Part shown: piece by piece, positions 63,861-64,000 of the stretch
Layout: each line of letters begins with the position of its first letter
How positions within the stretch are numbered: position 1 is the first letter of the stretch
From: Trypanosoma brucei
Lineage: Eukaryota
DNA: 64,000 bases
Assembly (NCBI GenBank): GCA_000002445.1
Contig: CM000208.1
Location: forward strand, 2,784,001-2,848,000
Direction of reading: 5' to 3'
Notes under the pieces: model-generated
Told to the model about the DNA's origin: nothing
Database searches by the model: none
The model's input: only the letters and a program-made list of their open reading frames with translations
Translations under genes and position numbers: made by a program

Positions 63861-64000
63861 CATACCTGTCCGGAGAAGTGAAGAAGAGAAAATAAGTAAT
63901 ACGTGTAACATTTTTTAAGCGCTGTGGGGCCTCTCCCCATCTCCCCCTTTCTCTACCTCTATAAAAATAGGAGGAGAAACTGTGGTGTACTCTCCGTTGT

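Overview
This window reads as a kinetoplastid (Trypanosoma, most like an African trypanosome) polycistronic transcription unit. About 28 intron-less protein-coding genes sit on the + strand, with no convincing minus-strand genes and no strand switch. Intergenic regions are pyrimidine-rich, show AG trans-splice acceptor contexts, and carry (TA)n or (GT)n microsatellites. Genes recognised from motifs: CLC chloride channel (5'-partial), guanylate kinase, a protein with three CW-type zinc fingers, an 8-repeat PUF RNA-binding protein, inner-arm dynein light chain p28, a WD40 protein, a DDAH-like amidinotransferase-fold protein, a thioredoxin-like protein, an MFS transporter, a bacterial-type 3-hydroxybutyrate dehydrogenase (SDR), an ABC1/ADCK kinase, a kynurenine-type aminotransferase, a syntaxin-like Qa-SNARE and NIP7. 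The rest are hypothetical proteins. The ORF track uses TTG and GTG as start codons, so several listed starts are too far 5'; I moved them to the first in-frame ATG after the splice-acceptor context. Main points of interest: (1) two adjacent genes (37285-42461) that both carry long A/P/G/T-rich tandem repeat arrays (78-nt and 24-nt units) and a similar short C-terminal motif, the second broken by a 1-nt deletion inside the array; (2) a 5-7 kb purine/pyrimidine low-complexity gene desert (18.3-25.1 kb) containing only one small candidate gene; (3) a DDAH-like protein that seems to keep the active-site His but not the Cys nucleophile; (4) a syntaxin whose expected TM anchor sits in another frame just past its stop codon. 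No tRNA, rRNA, CRISPR or transposable element could be supported.
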